From Blastocatellia bacterium (lineage in GTDB: Bacteria > Acidobacteriota > Blastocatellia > UBA7656 > JADIYM01): a DNA stretch of 64,000 nt. Shown piece by piece: positions 46,383-56,181 of the stretch (position 1 is the first letter of the stretch; every line of letters begins with the position of its first letter). The notes below the pieces were generated by a model, which was not told where the DNA came from, did not search any database, and saw nothing but the letters and a program-made list of their open reading frames with translations. Made by a program: the position numbers and the translations under genes. The DNA lies in the NCBI GenBank assembly GCA_021463145.1, contig JAJTWZ010000003.1, positions 35,319-99,318 of the forward strand, read 5' to 3'.

Positions 46383-48695
46383 ATGAATAGACTTGTGGCG
46401 GTTGCGATCGTTTTGTGTCTGGCGTTCTCGTTTTGCGCCAGGACGCGTGTGGCTCACGCGGACACGAGGGGGAAGACGATGATCTGGGACGTCAAGACGA
46501 CATCCCAGATTGGGCAGCGATCCGTCTACAACACCGACGCCGATGGCACTACGCTTGGCATGCCTTGCGCGTCCGGTGATCTCGATGGCGACGGTGACGA
46601 CGAGGCGATCCTTGCGCCATTCCTTGCTCCTTCTGGGTCGGACAATACAAGGACGCGTGCAGGTGAGTTACAGGTGCATTTCGGTGCATCCGGATCCATC
46701 GGCGGAACGGTCACCGATCAGACTGCGGCGGCCGGGATGCTGACGACGATCTATGGTGCCCGTCCAGGCGACTTCCTTGGTAACGAAGTCGAAGCCGGCG
46801 ACGTTACCGGAGACGGGCTCGAAGATATCCTGGTGGGCGCTCAGAACGCGGACGGCTTTGGCACGGTCGCGGATCGGCCTCTCGCGGGCAAGCTCTACGT
46901 CATCAACGGCCGAACAAGCTGGCCAGCCACCATCGACCTCGCGACCACGCCTATGACAGGGGTGACCGAGATTCTAGGCGCGGCGGCGAGCGAACGTTGC
47001 GGCTTCTGGCCCTCCTTCGGAGACGTCAACGGCGACGATATCAACGACATCATCGTTTCTGCGGACCTTGCCAAGAGTTCGAGCGGCGCCGGCGCCGCTC
47101 GCGGCAAGATCTATATCATTCCCGGGAGCGCATCGCTTCCGGCACAGATCGATCTCGCCAGTTCGACGCAGCTTGCAAACCTCGACATTACAATCATCTA
47201 CGGCATTGACGACTGCGATCATTTCGGTTCGTGTATCGCTTCCGGCGATTTCGACCGTGACGGCTTCGACGATATCGTCTGTTCAGCGGGACTGGCCAGG
47301 TCGGGAGCGTTCCCGACATCCAAGATCGACGAACCCGAAGGCGTTTTCTGTTCTCTCGGACTTGGCGGTGGATCAGGGCCGAACAACGACCGTAACGAGG
47401 CCGGCGAGGTATACATCATCTACGGCCGGGCGAACTGGCCGGCTACGATGGAACTCTCGAGCCCGACCTCCGATGTTGCGATCTATTACGGTCAGAACGC
47501 CGGCGATCATTTCGGGGAAGACGTGCGCGTCGGCGACTTCGACGGGGACGGGATCCTGGAACTGGCGGTGGGAGCGTTGACGGCGTCCGCGCCGTCAGGC
47601 TCGCCCGGAGTTCCGCCTCGCAACGATGCCGGGGTTGGATACATATTCTGGGGGTCGTTCATCACACGCGGAGAGAGAGTCGACACGAAGCTCATCGGAA
47701 CTTCCGACCTCAGGTTGACGAGAATCTATGGCGAAGCCGAGGGCGACATCGGGTCGGACACGATTGCGCTTGCCGATGTGAACGCCGATGGACGAGCCGA
47801 GATGATTTTCGCGAGTCCGACTTACGACCCTTCGGCCCGGCCGCAGGCCGGAGACGTCAAGGTGATTTTCGGAAAGCCTGATCGTCTGCCGACGGTAGTT
47901 GATTTCGCGAATCCGCCGGCCACGGTCGATGTCTACCAGATCATCGCGGCCGATCCTGGCGACATGTTCGCCTATTCTTTTACGGTTGGCGACTTCGACG
48001 CAGATGGATTCACGGATCTGATGCCGAACGGCATGGGCGGCGACGGTCTCGCAAACTGCTGCCGCGACGCCGGGGAGTTGTACATCCTTTCCGGAAAGGA
48101 GTTCAGCATTCGCGCCGGACGCGGTCCGGCCGGAACGCCGTGCCTGACGAAGGTGAACGCGTCGCCAGTGGCGTCGATCTATTACGCGGGGCAGCCCGGG
48201 ATTCAATTGACTCTGCTATGCGAAACTGACCAGGCCGACGGGCTCTACGTTGAGGGCGCGGTGGCGATACTCAACGGCGTCGAAGTGGCCGCCGAATTCG
48301 TTTCGAACAAGCAGCTTCGAGTGAATCTGGACGATGCCCCGTCGGTTCTGAATACACCCGGTCCGGTGACCGCGAGAGTCAAGAATCCCGGGTCCGACGC
48401 ATCTATCGGCGTCTCGGCAATCAACCTCGTGGGCCCGACGATCGATTCGGTCAAGCCCAAGAAAAAGAGCGGTAACCTGAGACTAACCTTGAAGGGTGCG
48501 AATTACCTGCCTGGCGCGACCGTTGAAGTGGCGAACTCGAACGGCGATCCGATCGCGACCATCTCCGTCGTCCGAAAGAGCGCAACTAAACTTCGAGCGA
48601 CGATCGCCGCACAGACTGCCGGGACTGTTCTACTCGTTCGCGCCGCCAATCCGGGACCGGCATATTCCGGCCCGTCAACCGTAGTCGCTCCTTAG
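46383..48695 (+). CDS. secreted FG-GAP (integrin-alpha-like) repeat protein with C-terminal IPT/TIG-like domains
   Basis: Signal peptide. Multiple GDxDGDGxxD FG-GAP repeats (GDVTGDGLEDILVGA; GDFDRDGFDDIV; GDFDGDGILELAVGA; GDFDADGFTDLM). The C-terminus has Ig-like repeats. Confidence 0.7.
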   Translation: MNRLVAVAIVLCLAFSFCARTRVAHADTRGKTMIWDVKTTSQIGQRSVYNTDADGTTLGMPCASGDLDGDGDDEAILAPFLAPSGSDNTRTRAGELQVHFGASGSIGGTVTDQTAAAGMLTTIYGARPGDFLGNEVEAGDVTGDGLEDILVGAQNADGFGTVADRPLAGKLYVINGRTSWPATIDLATTPMTGVTEILGAAASERCGFWPSFGDVNGDDINDIIVSADLAKSSSGAGAARGKIYIIPGSASLPAQIDLASSTQLANLDITIIYGIDDCDHFGSCIASGDFDRDGFDDIVCSAGLARSGAFPTSKIDEPEGVFCSLGLGGGSGPNNDRNEAGEVYIIYGRANWPATMELSSPTSDVAIYYGQNAGDHFGEDVRVGDFDGDGILELAVGALTASAPSGSPGVPPRNDAGVGYIFWGSFITRGERVDTKLIGTSDLRLTRIYGEAEGDIGSDTIALADVNADGRAEMIFASPTYDPSARPQAGDVKVIFGKPDRLPTVVDFANPPATVDVYQIIAADPGDMFAYSFTVGDFDADGFTDLMPNGMGGDGLANCCRDAGELYILSGKEFSIRAGRGPAGTPCLTKVNASPVASIYYAGQPGIQLTLLCETDQADGLYVEGAVAILNGVEVAAEFVSNKQLRVNLDDAPSVLNTPGPVTARVKNPGSDASIGVSAINLVGPTIDSVKPKKKSGNLRLTLKGANYLPGATVEVANSNGDPIATISVVRKSATKLRATIAAQTAGTVLLVRAANPGPAYSGPSTVVAP

Positions 48696-48705
48696 TGGCC
48701 CTTTC

Positions 48706-50679
48706 ATGAAAAGAGCATCGTTCATCGCATTCGTCGTCTTCTGGTTTGGGCTGATGTTCGGGCCCTGGACGGTCGAATTTGCCGCTCCACAGCAGACAAT
48801 CACCGGCCGGGTCGTCGACACTGTCACCGGAGCTCCGATCGCAAACGCCGATGTTCGCATCCAGGCAAGTCTGACGGAGCAGGCAACTACTGCCGCGGAC
48901 GGCACTTTTACGCTTCGAACGTCACGGGCAAATGGGGAGCCCGTTACCATCGCGGCTGGTTCACTGGATCCCGAGTCTGCACACGCTGCTTTTTACAACT
49001 CGAAAGTATCGGTTCTCGTTGGCGATTCCGGGATCGAACTGACACTCACGGCCGCCGCGCTCTCGGACGATACGAGTTACGAGTTCACAAGTCCGCTCGA
49101 CTGCAGGCTTTGTCACGGAACTCTATTCGACTATTGGCAGGACTCGGCGCATCGAAACGCGGCCAGGAACACGTGGGTTCGCGACATGTACGACGGGCAG
49201 GGAACGCCCGGGACCGGTGGTAACGGATTCGTATACAAGGACCTGCACCCGGGCTTCAAGGGCGACTGCGCGGAGTGCCACGCCCCGATGGACTCGGCAA
49301 AGAACCCGGGTGACAACACGGATCTTGGGACAATCTCACCATTTGCCCGCGAGTTCGGAGTCTCGTGCGATGTCTGTCACAAGACCTACGACGTGACGAA
49401 CGTCAAACTGCCCGGTGTACAGGGGATGGTGATGGCTCGATCTTCGCGCGAGACCGTTTTCGGTCCGCTGCCGGACTCGGCTCCGAATTTTCCGGGGGTG
49501 ATGCGTGCTTCCTACAGCAAGATTCACACGACCGGACTCCTTTGCGCCTCCTGCCACGAAGATAACAACGACCACGACTTCGACCTCGATTACCTGGACG
49601 AGGGAAGCGTGGTCAGCGAGGAAACGTGGTCGGAATGGCTTGCCAGTCCGTTCGCTGTCCCCGGTCCTGGAATGAAAACCTGTATGGACTGCCATATGGC
49701 GCCCAAAGGCGACCGCGCCATGTGCGAGCAGTACCAGCCGGTTGCCCGCAATCCGTCGCAGGTGTATTCCCACGACTTCGAAGGCACGACGGATGAATTC
49801 GTCCAGAATGCCGCCACTTTACATGCAGTTGCTCGACGTGAAGGTTCAACGCTGCGTGTTTCGGTAGCGGTGACAAATGACCGCACTGGGCACGACCTGC
49901 CTGGAGGCCAGGCGATTCGCCACGCGCTATTGCTGGTGACGGCAACCTCCGCCGATGGCGCGTCTTTGACTTTCGAGGCCGCCGGCGGCGATACGATCCC
50001 CGATATCGGTGGCACAGGGGACCCGGCGCAGGGCTATTACGCGGGCTTGCCCGGAAAAGCGTTCGCGAAGATCTTTGGAAACGACGGTGAAACGGGGGTG
50101 TTCTTCACCGAGGCCACTCGAATCGTTTCCGACAACCGGATTCCGGCAGGCGCTACGGACTGGAGCGATTATGCGTTTTCAATGCCCGAAGCGTTCGATC
50201 CCGTTTCAATCTCGGCGAAGTTGATCTACCGTCGCGCGCCGCGTGAGCTTGTCGACATCAAGGGATGGACGATGACGGGTCACGGGCGACCGAATCCGGA
50301 CCTGATCGGCCCGAACTTCGGAGTGTTGATGGCGGCCGACGTCAGGGAAGTTCCGTTGCCTGGCGCCGATGTCAATCGCGACAAGATCGTCAACAAAGAG
50401 GGGCTCCGCCTGCGAGTGGTTTCCGGAGCGACCCGGCAGTTCACACCGGGGGTACTGGTGGCAATCACCGACGACACCGGTGCCTGGGTGACGTTCGACT
50501 CTCCCGCCAAGGTCTCGTCATCCGGTGCAAAGCTCACGCAGAAAGGGAGGATCGGCGGGCTAAAACTCAGCCAATTCTGGCCTTCTGGTGTTACGAGGTT
50601 CCTTCGAGTGACGAATTCCGACGGAACGGAGACGGTTCTTCGCCTGCAGCGCTCAGGGTCCAAGTACCTTCCGCTCTGA
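48706..50679 (+). CDS. secreted multihaem c-type cytochrome (5 CxxCH) with N-terminal CarboxypepD_reg-like domain
   Basis: Signal peptide. An N-terminal Ig-like domain (ITGRVVDTVTGAPIANADVRI). Five CxxCH motifs (CRLCH, CAECH, CDVCH, CASCH, CMDCH). Confidence 0.75.
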   Translation: MKRASFIAFVVFWFGLMFGPWTVEFAAPQQTITGRVVDTVTGAPIANADVRIQASLTEQATTAADGTFTLRTSRANGEPVTIAAGSLDPESAHAAFYNSKVSVLVGDSGIELTLTAAALSDDTSYEFTSPLDCRLCHGTLFDYWQDSAHRNAARNTWVRDMYDGQGTPGTGGNGFVYKDLHPGFKGDCAECHAPMDSAKNPGDNTDLGTISPFAREFGVSCDVCHKTYDVTNVKLPGVQGMVMARSSRETVFGPLPDSAPNFPGVMRASYSKIHTTGLLCASCHEDNNDHDFDLDYLDEGSVVSEETWSEWLASPFAVPGPGMKTCMDCHMAPKGDRAMCEQYQPVARNPSQVYSHDFEGTTDEFVQNAATLHAVARREGSTLRVSVAVTNDRTGHDLPGGQAIRHALLLVTATSADGASLTFEAAGGDTIPDIGGTGDPAQGYYAGLPGKAFAKIFGNDGETGVFFTEATRIVSDNRIPAGATDWSDYAFSMPEAFDPVSISAKLIYRRAPRELVDIKGWTMTGHGRPNPDLIGPNFGVLMAADVREVPLPGADVNRDKIVNKEGLRLRVVSGATRQFTPGVLVAITDDTGAWVTFDSPAKVSSSGAKLTQKGRIGGLKLSQFWPSGVTRFLRVTNSDGTETVLRLQRSGSKYLPL

Positions 50680-50938
50680 CAGCGGACATCGTCTCGTTGC
50701 CTCGCTTTGACAGTACGGACTTGATAGTCAAATGTGTGTTTGTTGATTCTACGGGACACCCGGTAGAGTCTGATTGGAGCGGGTCGGACCGATAGCAAAT
50801 TGTACCGTGTCGCAGTTTCTGACAATGCCGGGAGCACGCCGGAGAGCGACCCGAACCGCCAGCCCAATTTGCGGAACAAGATCCGCGCGCCTCAATCCAG
50901 GAACTCTTTTGCGAACGCTGGGAAGCAACTCGATTCGG

Positions 50939-51487
50939 TCACTTGCCGGCTTTCTTTCGCGCCTGTTCGAGTTGGTACTTGCGAGCTGACTTCTGCCACT
51001 TCTCGAGATACGGCACGAGTGGACGGAAGAGCTTCGCGCGCCATCCGGACTGCCTGTCGCGCCAGACCTTGAAGTAGCGCTCTACGTACTCCCGAACCGC
51101 ACGTTCGATTTCCGGTCCCTTCTTCTTCTTGCTCGAGACCGTGACGAGGTAGTGCTGCGCGATCAGCGACATCACCGACTGTGCAATCATCGCCTTCAGT
51201 TGCGCCTTTGCCGCGAGTTTCTTGAACCAGTTCAGGTCGGGCGGCTGCAGCACCAGCAAGGCGATGTCGCCGAATGCCGAGGCCGCTCCGGGCTGTTTCG
51301 GCCGGTATAGAGCCGGCAGACCCTTGAGCAGGTCCTGGGGGAGCCTCGAATCCTCGATCCGATCAACGAACCGGATCTTGCTGAAACCCCGGAGGTGCTC
51401 GACCGGCAGGCATTCGATAGCCGCCTGAACCTGTTTCTCGAGATCCTTGACCTCGATCGATGCCTGATGCTCAATCCTGATCGCCAT
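50939..51487 (-). CDS. Lys-rich hypothetical protein
   Basis: 182-aa ORF with protein-like, K-rich composition that is atypical for a random high-GC frame. No recognisable motif. Confidence 0.45.
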   Translation of the reverse strand: MAIRIEHQASIEVKDLEKQVQAAIECLPVEHLRGFSKIRFVDRIEDSRLPQDLLKGLPALYRPKQPGAASAFGDIALLVLQPPDLNWFKKLAAKAQLKAMIAQSVMSLIAQHYLVTVSSKKKKGPEIERAVREYVERYFKVWRDRQSGWRAKLFRPLVPYLEKWQKSARKYQLEQARKKAGK

Positions 51488-51582
51488 AAGGGGGCGAAGG
51501 GTACAGGCTAGCGGCGGAGTGCGTCAAACATCGACCTTGGCAGAACCCCCGGACTTTGCGCATCGTGGTAGGATTCGCGCCA

Positions 51583-54063
51583 ATGATGAAACACGTCAAG
51601 CTGTTACTTCTCGGCCTGTTTGCGTTTGTGGCGTTACTTTCCGTCTCTTTCTCGCAACGAGTAGAAGCGCTTTCGACCGGCCCGTTCCTGGAACGCACCG
51701 CTGCACCCGAGGAGCAGAATTGCACGGCCTGTCACCGTACATATCAACTGGATTCCGGACCCGGCCGGGTTTCGATCGAAGGACTTCCCAGTCAGTACGC
51801 ACCCGGTCAGACTTACCCGGTTACTGTCCGATTGTCTGATCCGGCCGCAAACATCTGGGGCTTCCAGATCACGTCGATCACCGATCAGGGAACTGCGGCT
51901 GGATTCTTCCAATCCAACACCGTCGCAATTGCTGCACTTGGTCCGTCGCAGAGACTCGGGCGTTTCTACGCGCAGCACACGGCAAACGGAACATACGGAG
52001 GCTCGCGTGGAGAGGTGGCCTGGTCCTTCTTCTGGAAGGCACCTTCTACCGATCTAGGTCCTGTCTCCTTCTATGCTGCCGGGAACGCCGGAAACGGGGA
52101 TCACACGGACTTCTACGATTACATTTATACAACTAACGTAACTATTGATGGATTAAGGCGATTGGTACGCATCAAGCTCGAGTCTCCGGCTGCCACGACC
52201 GGGCTGGGGTCAGGCGAGCACGTCGTGGTGCGCTGGAGTGCCACCGACGGCGACACAGCGGTTCCGGACCATTTCAGAGTTCTGCTCTCGACCGACGGCG
52301 GCGAGAACTACCCGACGGTTCTGGCCGACAACCTACCCTCGACCGCTCGCTCATTTGTCTGGACGATTCCTGAGGCACTGGTCACCCCCTATGCCCGCAT
52401 TCGAGTCGTGGTCGTCGACTCGGAAGGCAACGAGCGAACGGATCAGTCCCGAACCGACATTTCGATAGGACCGCTCGGCTTGACCGCGGCTACCGGCGTC
52501 GCCGATGCGCCGCTTGGAGGCGATTTCACTCGTCAAGCGTGGGCCGACGTCAATGGTGACGGACGCCAGGATGTCGTCGTTGGACGCAATGCGGGAGGTG
52601 TACTCCTGTATGTCCAGAACGCCGACGGCTCCTTTGCGGAAGCTACTGATGAGGCTGGGCTTACGATGCCGGGAGATATTCGCGCGCTCGCCTGGGGCGA
52701 CGCGGACGGCGATGGCCATCCTGACCTTGCAGTACTGGGCGTGAACGCAACCAGCCTTTGGCGCAACAATGGCGACGGAACCTTCGACAGTGTCGGCGCG
52801 CCGACATCGTTTCCGAGACAAGCTGATCCGCGTGCGGTCGTCTGGACCGACGTGGACCGGGATGGAAGACTCGACGTCGTTGCGGGCGGGCAGTCGGGCC
52901 TGTTTGCGCTTCACAACACCGAAGGCGGGTTCGAGGATGCGACATCGGCCTGGAACGCGCCTGCCGGCCCGGTGACCGGCATCGCTGCGGGGCCGAAGCT
53001 TCTGTTGGCTTCAGGTTCGAGCTTGAAGGTGATCGGTTTCGATGGCGGGCGTTTCCTGGACGAGACCGGCGCACTGGGAGATCCGGTCGCCTTTGGAGCA
53101 AGCGCCGTTGCGTGGGCCGATCTGACGGGCGACGGCTGGCTCGACATCGTGGCATCCGGCGCGTCCGGGAATGCCGTCTTCGCGGGAGTCGAAGGTGAGC
53201 TTCGCTACCGGAATGCGACGGCCGAGCTCTCGCTGGCTTCTCTTGCGGGTGGGAGCCGGGTGTTGCCGGCGGATTTTGACACCGATGGCGACGTGGATTT
53301 ACTAGTCTTCGACGTTGCCGGTGCGCCGCACGTCCTGCGAAACCGGGGTGTCTCCGGCTTCGACGATGTCTCCGGCCGATTCAGCTTCACGGGAGAAGTG
53401 ACCTCGGCCGCCTGGGTCGATCACGACGGTGGCGGGGCGGTCGAACTGAGCCTGACGACTTCCGATGGGCTTGGTGTTATGGCCAATCCCAGGTCGGGAG
53501 CCGGATCGATTCGAGTCCGTCCGCTTACGGACCTCGATGCCGATGCACACGCCGCTGACGCCGAACCCGACCGCGACGCAATTGGGGCGGTCGTGCGAGT
53601 CGACCTCGATGGCGACGGCGACTGGATCACGGGGCCGAAGATCGCAATTGTAGTGGAGCAGTCGGCATCGCCCGTTGTCGTGATCGGTGCAACTCTCGAG
53701 AGCGCAACGGTACGTGTCGATTTCGCGGACGGCGAAGGCCGTGAGGTGACGATCGAATCCGGTGCGCTGCCGGTTGAAGTTCTGGATCCAGACGCTCCAA
53801 GGGTCGTTTCCGCCAGGCCTTCGTCGACAGGGAAGAAGCTCACGGTCGACGGAATGGGGCTTCCGGCGACGGGGGGGCGCATTCTTGTTGGCTCGACAGC
53901 CTTGGCGAGCGTGAAAGCGCCCGCGCGCTTCGTCGGGTCCGACGGGACCAGCACTCGCCTGGTGGGTAAGGATTCGCGGCTCTCGCTCCTTATTCAGACG
54001 AAGCCGGTTGCCGTTCGCATTGAGCTCGCCGGCGTATTTTCGGCGCCGGTCGTGTTGCGGTAA
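51583..54063 (+). CDS. secreted VCBS/FG-GAP-like repeat protein with N-terminal CxxCH-containing domain
   Basis: Signal peptide (MMKHVKLLLLGLFAFVALLSVSF). An N-terminal CTACH. Numerous D.NGDG..D repeats (ADVNGDGRQDVVVG; GDADGDGHPDLAV; TDVDRDGRLDVVAG; ADLTGDGWLDIVA; ADFDTDGDVDLLV). The ORF is open from a TTG at 51556. Confidence 0.65.
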   Translation: MMKHVKLLLLGLFAFVALLSVSFSQRVEALSTGPFLERTAAPEEQNCTACHRTYQLDSGPGRVSIEGLPSQYAPGQTYPVTVRLSDPAANIWGFQITSITDQGTAAGFFQSNTVAIAALGPSQRLGRFYAQHTANGTYGGSRGEVAWSFFWKAPSTDLGPVSFYAAGNAGNGDHTDFYDYIYTTNVTIDGLRRLVRIKLESPAATTGLGSGEHVVVRWSATDGDTAVPDHFRVLLSTDGGENYPTVLADNLPSTARSFVWTIPEALVTPYARIRVVVVDSEGNERTDQSRTDISIGPLGLTAATGVADAPLGGDFTRQAWADVNGDGRQDVVVGRNAGGVLLYVQNADGSFAEATDEAGLTMPGDIRALAWGDADGDGHPDLAVLGVNATSLWRNNGDGTFDSVGAPTSFPRQADPRAVVWTDVDRDGRLDVVAGGQSGLFALHNTEGGFEDATSAWNAPAGPVTGIAAGPKLLLASGSSLKVIGFDGGRFLDETGALGDPVAFGASAVAWADLTGDGWLDIVASGASGNAVFAGVEGELRYRNATAELSLASLAGGSRVLPADFDTDGDVDLLVFDVAGAPHVLRNRGVSGFDDVSGRFSFTGEVTSAAWVDHDGGGAVELSLTTSDGLGVMANPRSGAGSIRVRPLTDLDADAHAADAEPDRDAIGAVVRVDLDGDGDWITGPKIAIVVEQSASPVVVIGATLESATVRVDFADGEGREVTIESGALPVEVLDPDAPRVVSARPSSTGKKLTVDGMGLPATGGRILVGSTALASVKAPARFVGSDGTSTRLVGKDSRLSLLIQTKPVAVRIELAGVFSAPVVLR
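52791..52806. repeat. 16-bp perfect palindrome TGTCGGCGCGCCGACA inside VCBS-repeat gene
   Basis: Read directly. Frame GTC GGC GCG CCG ACA (VGAPT). Confidence 0.95.
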
Positions 54064-54123
54064 AGCCGATCCTCGAGGTCCAACTGACGGGAAAGCGACG
54101 ACCTCAGGTTTCACCGCCGCCTG

Positions 54124-55164
54124 TCAGGGTTCGTCGATCGCGGACTTCTCGAGTGACATTGCTCTCTCGAGACGGCGGACTGATTTCTGCAATTCGGGAA
54201 GTCTGTTGAAGACCGCCGAGGACTTGAGCCACGACCGATTGTCGATTGCCGGATAGCCAGAGACGAGTTTCCCGGCACTCACCGAGCTCGGAATTCCGGT
54301 TTGTGCGGTCGCAACGACGCCGTCGCCGATCTCACAGTGCCCGGCAACACCCACCTGGCCGGCAAGCGTGACGCCTCGCCCGACGGTTGTAGAGCCGGCT
54401 AGTCCAACCTGTGCGCAGAGAATCGTGTTCTCTCCGACGACGACGTTGTGCCCGATCTGCACGAGGTTGTCGATCTTGGCGCCAGTGCGTATGCGAGTCT
54501 CGCCAAAAGTAGCCCGATCGATGGTCGAACCTGCGCCGATTTCCACGTCGTCTTCGATTACTACGACCCCGAGCTGTTCGATCTTCTCGTAGTGACCGTC
54601 GGCGTCGCGCGCGAAGCCGAAGCCGTCGCTTCCAACCACCACGCCGGGCTGAAGCACGCATCGGTCTCCGATCTTCGTTCCTTCCCGGACGATGCACCCA
54701 GCCTGAATCACGGTGTCGCGGCCGACCTCCACACAGTCGTAGAGAACTGTCCGCGCGTGGATCTCCGAGCCATCGCCGACCGTAACGTGATCGCCGACGA
54801 CCACGAAGGCTCCCACGTGCGCCTCGTTCGACACGATCGCCGACGGCGCCACCACGGCCGTTTCGTGAATTCCAGTTGGCAGCCGACGGCGCGGATGGAA
54901 CACGCGCGTCGCGCGCGCGAAGTCGGCTCCAGGGCTTTTACTTATGAGGCAGGGAATCGGCGACTCTCCTGCGTGCTCAGGACGGCAGATCGCGGCAGAA
55001 GCCTGTGTTGTCGCAAGTGCCTGCACGTGCTTGGCTTCGGCGGTGTAGGTCAATTGTCCAGTTCGCGCGTCCGCGAGTCCGCCAACACCGGTGATCTCGA
55101 TTTCCGATGCGACGACACCGCCAACCTCGAGGCCCAACACCCTGGCCAGCTCAGTCAATTTCAT
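54124..55164 (-). CDS. lpxD: UDP-3-O-acylglucosamine N-acyltransferase
   Basis: LpxD N-terminal domain followed by hexapeptide repeats and a C-terminal helix. 346 aa. Confidence 0.85.
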   Translation of the reverse strand: MKLTELARVLGLEVGGVVASEIEITGVGGLADARTGQLTYTAEAKHVQALATTQASAAICRPEHAGESPIPCLISKSPGADFARATRVFHPRRRLPTGIHETAVVAPSAIVSNEAHVGAFVVVGDHVTVGDGSEIHARTVLYDCVEVGRDTVIQAGCIVREGTKIGDRCVLQPGVVVGSDGFGFARDADGHYEKIEQLGVVVIEDDVEIGAGSTIDRATFGETRIRTGAKIDNLVQIGHNVVVGENTILCAQVGLAGSTTVGRGVTLAGQVGVAGHCEIGDGVVATAQTGIPSSVSAGKLVSGYPAIDNRSWLKSSAVFNRLPELQKSVRRLERAMSLEKSAIDEP

Positions 55165-55293
55165 TCTTGACGTCTCCCCGAAACGAACATATCGTCTGAT
55201 AACGCAATGGGTTGGCGCCGGATCAGAGGTCCGGCGCGAGTCGCCGCAAGACTACAGCCGTTTCCAGGACCTTACAAGGAGCCCCAAGAGCCG

Positions 55294-56175
55294 ATGCCGC
55301 GCGACCTCTGCAAGGACTTCCTTCGTTATCTTCGGGTTGAGAAGGGACTTTCTCCAAATACAATGGAGGCTTATGAGCGTGATCTTCTAAAGCTCATGAG
55401 CTTTGCAGCTTCCTGCGGGCGGGAAATTCTCACTATTGAGCGGGCCGACCTGCTTAACTTCATCCGATCTCTCAGGGAAAGCGGCCTCGAGCCGCAATCC
55501 TGTGCGCGCACAATGGTTACCGTTCGTAACCTCTACAAGTTTCTCATCCTGGACGGTCACATTCACCACGATCCGACGGTGAATATCGAGACACCCCGAA
55601 GCTGGCAGACACTGCCGAAGTTCCTGACTCGGGAGGAGGTCGACCGTTTGCTCGAGGAGCCGGATGTAACAACGGACGTGGGACTTCGTGACCGAGCGAT
55701 GACCGAGCTGTTGTATTCATCAGGGCTCCGAGTCTCCGAGATGGTGTCCCTGAAGCTTTCCGACGTCGATATCGACGCCGGACTCGTCACGTGTCTTGGA
55801 AAGGGATCGAAGGAACGCCGGGTGCCGGTAGGCAGTGCGGCAATCGAGGCAATCCGTCGATACCTCCCGGCCAGGCGTCGAACCGTTGGCGATCGCAACG
55901 TCGAGCAACTCTTCGTGACGTCTCGGGGCACTCCGGTGACACGGCAGATCTATTGGAAGCGTCTCGTCGAATATGGCGAACGCGCCAAGCTTGGCCGTGT
56001 CACTCCACACATGTTGCGCCACACGTTTGCCACGCACCTGCTGGAGCACGGTGCCGATCTACGGTCGGTTCAGATGATGCTCGGTCACAGCGACATTTCG
56101 ACGACGCAGATCTATACGCACGTAACGAACGAACGGCTGCGCGAGGCGTACCGCAAGTTCCATCCGCGAGCCTGA
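55294..56175 (+). CDS. xerD: tyrosine site-specific recombinase XerD
   Basis: Phage-integrase fold with the R…HxxR…Y catalytic motifs (LRHTFATHLLEHGADLRSVQMMLGHSDISTTQIYTHV) and a XerD-like C-terminus ending in …HPRA. AAGGAG RBS. The ORF is open from 55207. Confidence 0.8.
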   Translation: MPRDLCKDFLRYLRVEKGLSPNTMEAYERDLLKLMSFAASCGREILTIERADLLNFIRSLRESGLEPQSCARTMVTVRNLYKFLILDGHIHHDPTVNIETPRSWQTLPKFLTREEVDRLLEEPDVTTDVGLRDRAMTELLYSSGLRVSEMVSLKLSDVDIDAGLVTCLGKGSKERRVPVGSAAIEAIRRYLPARRRTVGDRNVEQLFVTSRGTPVTRQIYWKRLVEYGERAKLGRVTPHMLRHTFATHLLEHGADLRSVQMMLGHSDISTTQIYTHVTNERLREAYRKFHPRA

Positions 56176-56181
56176 CATCAA

